A stretch of 61,927 nt of DNA, filler included. It is 6 parts of 6 records of this genome, joined end to end, with 100 filler letters (N's around TTAATTAATTAA, not from the genome) between each part and the next. Parts side by side here need not be neighbours in the genome. Positions count along the whole stretch, not along the records: positions 52,627 to 61,927 come from SRR20825010_1784; 5 more parts are not named here. One strand, given 5' to 3'. Below are positions 58,260-61,927 of the stretch, one piece after another. Under the pieces are notes generated by a model that saw only the letters and a list, made by a program, of their open reading frames with translations, was not told the DNA's origin and made no database searches. The translations under genes were made by a program, and so were the position numbers. Position 1 is the stretch's first letter. Every line of letters starts with the position of its first letter.

Positions 58260-58853
58260 TCAGCTGCCGATGGTTCGCACCAACATCACCGGCCCCGCCA
58301 GCGAAACACCCCAGGCAAGCACGGCAAGGAGACCATCTTTCGAGATCATCGCAAGGCCGAATGTCATCAGCGCCACGCCAGCAATACTGGCACTGAATGG
58401 CACGAGCTCCGTCGCCGGCATCACGATCGCAATCACCATGCACGCAAGCGCCATGGCGTAGAGGCCAGGACCCTTGACGAGGAAAGTGAATCTCGGGCGT
58501 ATCAGGCGGTCGATCCGCCGTGCGGCCGGGCGCAGTAAATGGAGCCCCTTTACAAGCTTCTGGCGGGGAACCTGACGCCGGAGCAACAAGCTGGGCAGCC
58601 AGAACTGGGTCCGACCCAACAGAACCTGCCCCAACGTCAGCAGTGTGAGCAGGCCCAACAGGGTCGGCATTCCCGGCACGCCACTGAGGGGCGTCACCAG
58701 AATAAGGCCAACCAGAAGCACCAGCGGCCCAAAGGTCCGGCGCCCGACTGCATCCATCATTTCACCGATGGAAACGTGAGAACGACCAGCGGCCCCTGCT
58801 TCTATCCGGTCCAGTAACTGTTCGATATCCGCCGGATCACCCTGGTCATCCAT
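58260..58853 (-). CDS. exoD: Exopolysaccharide synthesis ExoD family protein
   Basis: VGRRTFGPL, PLSGVPG, WLPSLL, ELVPF, KDGL. Confidence 0.88.
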   Translation of the reverse strand: MDDQGDPADIEQLLDRIEAGAAGRSHVSIGEMMDAVGRRTFGPLVLLVGLILVTPLSGVPGMPTLLGLLTLLTLGQVLLGRTQFWLPSLLLRRQVPRQKLVKGLHLLRPAARRIDRLIRPRFTFLVKGPGLYAMALACMVIAIVMPATELVPFSASIAGVALMTFGLAMISKDGLLAVLAWGVSLAGPVMLVRTIGS

Positions 58854-58878
58854 TCACCAGCCTCCGGAAATCTGATCG

Positions 58879-59190
58879 TTACTTGGTCGTGTTGTAGACG
58901 TAGGAAGACACTGTGCCATCTTCGTTGAATCGCACCACCAGGTCCGTTGTCTCGGCGTCACCGAAAGCAGACCAGCGATACTTGCCGTAGGTCCAGGTGC
59001 GCTTGCCATCCTCGATACCGGTGCGCCAGGGCTCACCAAACATCTCCTGGATATCGGCCCGGGTGGTATCGCCGATCTCGATCTGGTCAACGTTATGGGT
59101 GGCAAAGTCCTGGCCGACCGTGGCGCAGCCGGCCATAACCAGAGTCAACGCAAGCAGGACAATGGCTGAAAGAGAAGTTACAGACTTCAT
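58879..59190 (-). CDS. BamE/SmpA-like small lipoprotein
   Basis: Lipobox MAGC, IEIGDTTRADIQEMFGEP, WTY, LVVRFNEDGTV. Confidence 0.85.
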   Translation of the reverse strand: MKSVTSLSAIVLLALTLVMAGCATVGQDFATHNVDQIEIGDTTRADIQEMFGEPWRTGIEDGKRTWTYGKYRWSAFGDAETTDLVVRFNEDGTVSSYVYNTTK

Positions 59191-59270
59191 GGTGTATCCC
59201 TTTAGTTGAAAACAAGAGCATTAATCATACGGGTTTCGGCAACAGGTTAAATTACAGCCCGGACAGACAC

Positions 59271-59297
59271 AAAAAAGCCCCGGTGTCTCGCCGGGGC
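59271..59297 (-). terminator. Intrinsic terminator of the flavin oxidoreductase gene
   Basis: GCCCCGG/CCGGGGC stem with six U on the minus strand. Confidence 0.8.
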
Positions 59298-59319
59298 CTA
59301 TCGTCAACGCCTTCTCTGA

Positions 59320-60432
59320 TCAGTAGAGCTTTGCCAGCGACTTTTTCGCGAAGGGCTCCACCTCGCCAATGCGGCCATCCTTCACTTTCACCAGCCACTC
59401 CGGGTCCTGCAGCAATGCACGGCCAACGGCGATCAATTCGAATTCGCTGTTGTTCATGCGCTCAACCAGCTCGTCGATACCAGATTGCTCCACCGCTTCC
59501 TTCTTACTGGCGAAAGTACCGCTGATGAAGTCCTCCGTCAGGCCCACACTGCCAACCGACATGGTCGGCTTGCCAGACAGTTTCTGGGTCCACCCTGCCA
59601 GGTTCAGGTCAGAGCCTTCGAATTCGGGCTCCCAGAAGCGGCGCGTGGAGGCGTGAAAGATATCCACACCGGCATCCACCAACGGTTTCAGAAACTGCTC
59701 CAGTTCCTCGGGTGTGTTCACCAGCTTCGCCTCATAATCCTGCTGTTTCCACTGGGAAAAACGCAGCATGATGGGGAAGTCCGGGCCTACCCGATGGCGG
59801 ACAGCTTCAACGATCTCAACCACGAAGCGCAGACGGTTCTCCATACTGCCGCCGTATTCGTCATCACGCTGGTTGGTGCCTTCCCACAGGAACTGATCCA
59901 GCAAATAACCGTGGGCGCCGTGAATCTCCACACCGTCAAAGCCCAACGCTTTGGCATCCTGAGCACCGTCGGCAAACGCCGTGATGACGTCGTCAATGTC
60001 GTCCTTGCTCATCGCCTTGCCGTTGGGTTTGCCCGGTGAAAACAGACCGGACGGGCTGTAACCGGGTACGGATGGGTCCGGCTCGGTGCCTTCCTTGCGT
60101 ACGGCACCCACGTGCCACAACTGCGGGAAAATGGCCCCGCCAGCCTCGTGGACCGCATCAACCACATCCTTCCAGCCGGCGAGAGCTGTGTCGCCATGAA
60201 AGAACGGCACATTCGGATAACCGTTGGCGCCAGGATGATTCACTGTAGTGCCTTCGGTAATCAGCAAACCAACACCGCCTTCAGCGCGGCGGCGATAATA
60301 GTCCACCACATCCTGGCTCGGGGCGTTGCCCGGCGAGAAATTGCGGGTCATCGGAGCCATCGCCACGCGATTGCGCAGGGTCAGGTTGTGGAGTTCAAAG
60401 GGTTCAAACAAAGGGCCAAGATTCATGCTCAT
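59320..60432 (-). CDS. NADH:flavin oxidoreductase (old yellow enzyme family)
   Basis: NRVAMAPMTR, YYRRRA, QLWHVG, GFDGVEIHGAHGYLLDQF, NQRDDEYGGS, VGRALL. Confidence 0.93.
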   Translation of the reverse strand: MSMNLGPLFEPFELHNLTLRNRVAMAPMTRNFSPGNAPSQDVVDYYRRRAEGGVGLLITEGTTVNHPGANGYPNVPFFHGDTALAGWKDVVDAVHEAGGAIFPQLWHVGAVRKEGTEPDPSVPGYSPSGLFSPGKPNGKAMSKDDIDDVITAFADGAQDAKALGFDGVEIHGAHGYLLDQFLWEGTNQRDDEYGGSMENRLRFVVEIVEAVRHRVGPDFPIMLRFSQWKQQDYEAKLVNTPEELEQFLKPLVDAGVDIFHASTRRFWEPEFEGSDLNLAGWTQKLSGKPTMSVGSVGLTEDFISGTFASKKEAVEQSGIDELVERMNNSEFELIAVGRALLQDPEWLVKVKDGRIGEVEPFAKKSLAKLY

Positions 60433-60440
60433 GGTAGATC

Positions 60441-60501
60441 GCAACCTTACTAATCTGGTTTCTTTAAGCAACCATATTGAATCTGGTTTTAAAATGCAAC
60501 C
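60441..60501. promoter_or_regulatory. Tandem operator repeats between the OYE and HxlR genes
   Basis: AATCTGGTTT-N6-GCAACC at 60452-60473 and 60480-60501, each containing GGTT-N9-AACC; extra GCAACC at 60441. Confidence 0.75.
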
Positions 60502-60522
60502 CTATTAGGTACACTCCGAAAC

Positions 60523-61011
60523 ATGGCCAGAAAACGTTTTGATGACTCCAATTGCTCCGTCGCCCGCGCCCTTAACGAGGTGGGTGACTGGTGGTCTCTG
60601 CTTGTAGTGCTGCACGCGATGTATGGCACCCGCCGCTTTGTGGATTTCCAGCAAGAGCTGGGTATTGCCCGCAACATTCTCTGCGACCGGTTAGCGAGGC
60701 TGGTGGACAACGAGGTATTGAAGAAGGTGGATGTGGGCGAACACGGCTCACGATTCGAGTACCGGCTGACCGAAAAAGGCCGGGACCTGTTTCCGATTGT
60801 GATCGCCCTTCGCCAGTGGGGCGACAAATGGAATCCGGCGCCAGATCAAACACCGCTGGACCTGAGGGACCGCGAAACCGGGCGTGCCATTTTACCGGTT
60901 GAAGTTCAGGATGCCGACGGCAAGCCGCTGACCGTACGTGATGTGTTTGTGCCGGAAGGCGCCGACACCGGCCTCGAGAAAAAGACACCGGACGGCAAAA
61001 AGTCAGCCTGA
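60523..61011 (+). CDS. HxlR-family winged-helix regulator
   Basis: CSVARALNEVGDWWSLL, RRFVDFQ, EYRLTEKGRDL, LRQWGD. Confidence 0.93.
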   Translation: MARKRFDDSNCSVARALNEVGDWWSLLVVLHAMYGTRRFVDFQQELGIARNILCDRLARLVDNEVLKKVDVGEHGSRFEYRLTEKGRDLFPIVIALRQWGDKWNPAPDQTPLDLRDRETGRAILPVEVQDADGKPLTVRDVFVPEGADTGLEKKTPDGKKSA

Positions 61012-61021
61012 TCCAATACCC

Positions 61022-61047
61022 AAAACGGGGCCCTGGGGCCCCGTTTT
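61022..61047. terminator. Bidirectional intrinsic terminator
   Basis: AAAACGGGGCC...GGCCCCGTTTT between convergent genes. Confidence 0.85.
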
Positions 61048-61064
61048 CTGTGGAGTAGGCAGGA

Positions 61065-61927
61065 CTACGCGTTTTCGCGCTGGGGTGAGCGCCTTGCCTG
61101 ACCACCGTTGCCATTCTGGCTACGGCCGCCACTGCGACCACCCGGCTTGCCGCCAAAACTACGGCCATTTCCGCCGGGCTTACCATTGCCACCACCGTTA
61201 CCGCCGCGACCACGGGCCCGGCTGGGGTCTGCCTTGGCTTTTGGCTTCAATGGCAGGTTGTTCTGGGGCTCGAAGCCTTCAACAGACTTGCGCGGCAACT
61301 GCTTCTTGATCAGCCTCTCAATCCCGGCAAGCATCTTGCCCTCATCGGCGCTAACCAGCGACAGTGCATGGCCGCTTTCACCGGCACGACCAGTACGGCC
61401 AATGCGGTGAACGTAGTCTTCCGGCACGTTCGGCAATTCGAAGTTCACCACCTGGGGCAGCTGTTTGATGTCCAGGCCACGGGCTGCGATGTCGGTTGCG
61501 ACCAGTACACGCACTTCACCCTGTTTGAAATCAGCCAGGGCGCGGGTACGAGCACCCTGTGACTTGTTGCCATGGATCGCAGCAGCGGTAATACCGTCAC
61601 GCTCCAGCTTCTGGGTCAGGCGGTTGGCGCCGTGTTTGGTACGGGTGAACACCAGCACCTGCTCCCAGCCATTGTCTCGCACGAGCTTGCTCAGCAAGGC
61701 GGTTTTCTGGCTCTGATCAACCGGATAGACCGACTGCTTGATGCTTTCCGCAGCAGTGTTTCGGGCTGCCACTTCCACCTGCACCGGGTTATCCAGAAGG
61801 CCTTCGGCCAGGGTGCGGATTTCATTGGAGAAGGTGGCGGAGAACAACAGGTTCTGGCGCTTGGCGGGCAACAGCGCAAGAATCTTGCGGATGTCACGGA
61901 TAAAGCCCATGTCCAGCATGCGGTCGG
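61065..61927 (-). CDS. rhlE: DEAD-box RNA helicase RhlE (5' part outside the window)
   Basis: [48 protein letters not shown], Gly/Arg-rich tail. Confidence 0.93.
   Translation of the reverse strand, partial: DRMLDMGFIRDIRKILALLPAKRQNLLFSATFSNEIRTLAEGLLDNPVQVEVAARNTAAESIKQSVYPVDQSQKTALLSKLVRDNGWEQVLVFTRTKHGANRLTQKLERDGITAAAIHGNKSQGARTRALADFKQGEVRVLVATDIAARGLDIKQLPQVVNFELPNVPEDYVHRIGRTGRAGESGHALSLVSADEGKMLAGIERLIKKQLPRKSVEGFEPQNNLPLKPKAKADPSRARGRGGNGGGNGKPGGNGRSFGGKPGGRSGGRSQNGNGGQARRSPQRENA

Noticed and set aside
61065..61215. GGN/GGK repeats at the end of rhlE
   Set aside because: Ordinary low-complexity Gly/Arg tail of RhlE-type helicases.
1..61927. CRISPR array, rRNA, prophage, retron or other defence island
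   Set aside because: No spaced direct repeats, rRNA-like sequence, or reverse transcriptase, cas, integrase or phage motifs seen by eye; only one type II TA pair.

Overview
This is not one locus. It is six assembly fragments joined by five artificial 100-nt spacers (44 N + TTAATTAATTAA + 44 N), so gene adjacency across a spacer means nothing. Taxonomic guesses come from gene content and by-eye base composition. (1) 1-7755, GC-rich alphaproteobacterium: S58/P1 peptidase, ggt, MerA/Lpd-like flavoprotein with a TVP38/DedA protein, rpmH-rnpA-yidC. (2) 7856-20636, AT-richer Bacteroidota (Cytophagales-like): WG-repeat protein, TPR histidine kinase / NarL regulator / solo LuxR / secreted protein cassette, recR, clpS, sodium:solute symporter, RHH-MazF toxin-antitoxin pair, alkyltransferase-like protein, SDR, and a beta-propeller sensor with no output domain. 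(3) 20737-45410, Rhodospirillales-like alphaproteobacterium: end of a 6-hydroxynicotinate-reductase cluster, fpr, GST, amidinotransferase-fold enzyme, the core mltB-rlpA-dacA-tmk-holB-metG-tatD-MBL block, a uronate catabolism/TRAP cluster, tRNA-Ser(TGA), a MerR/class IV aminotransferase pair, a class V PLP enzyme, codA. (4) 45511-48788, Rhodobacteraceae-like: PhnD-like protein, heparinase II/III-like protein, purH. (5) 48889-52526, alphaproteobacterium: gcdH, mucR, rpiB, glyA. (6) 52627-61927, Marinobacter-like gammaproteobacterium: TetR, pntAB, patatin, exoD, lipoprotein, old yellow enzyme with HxlR, rhlE. I saw no CRISPR array, rRNA, integrase, transposase or phage gene, and I cannot claim a clearly new system. 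The best leads are a possible cytoplasmic flavinylation module (Hnr + ApbE-like UPF0280 + Fpr), the Bacteroidota kinase/regulator/solo-LuxR cassette with candidate operators, the output-less propeller sensor, a NylC-like Asn-Thr peptidase, a 59-aa membrane protein missing from the ORF track, and several readable operator sites. All family calls are from motif recognition by eye; no database search was run.
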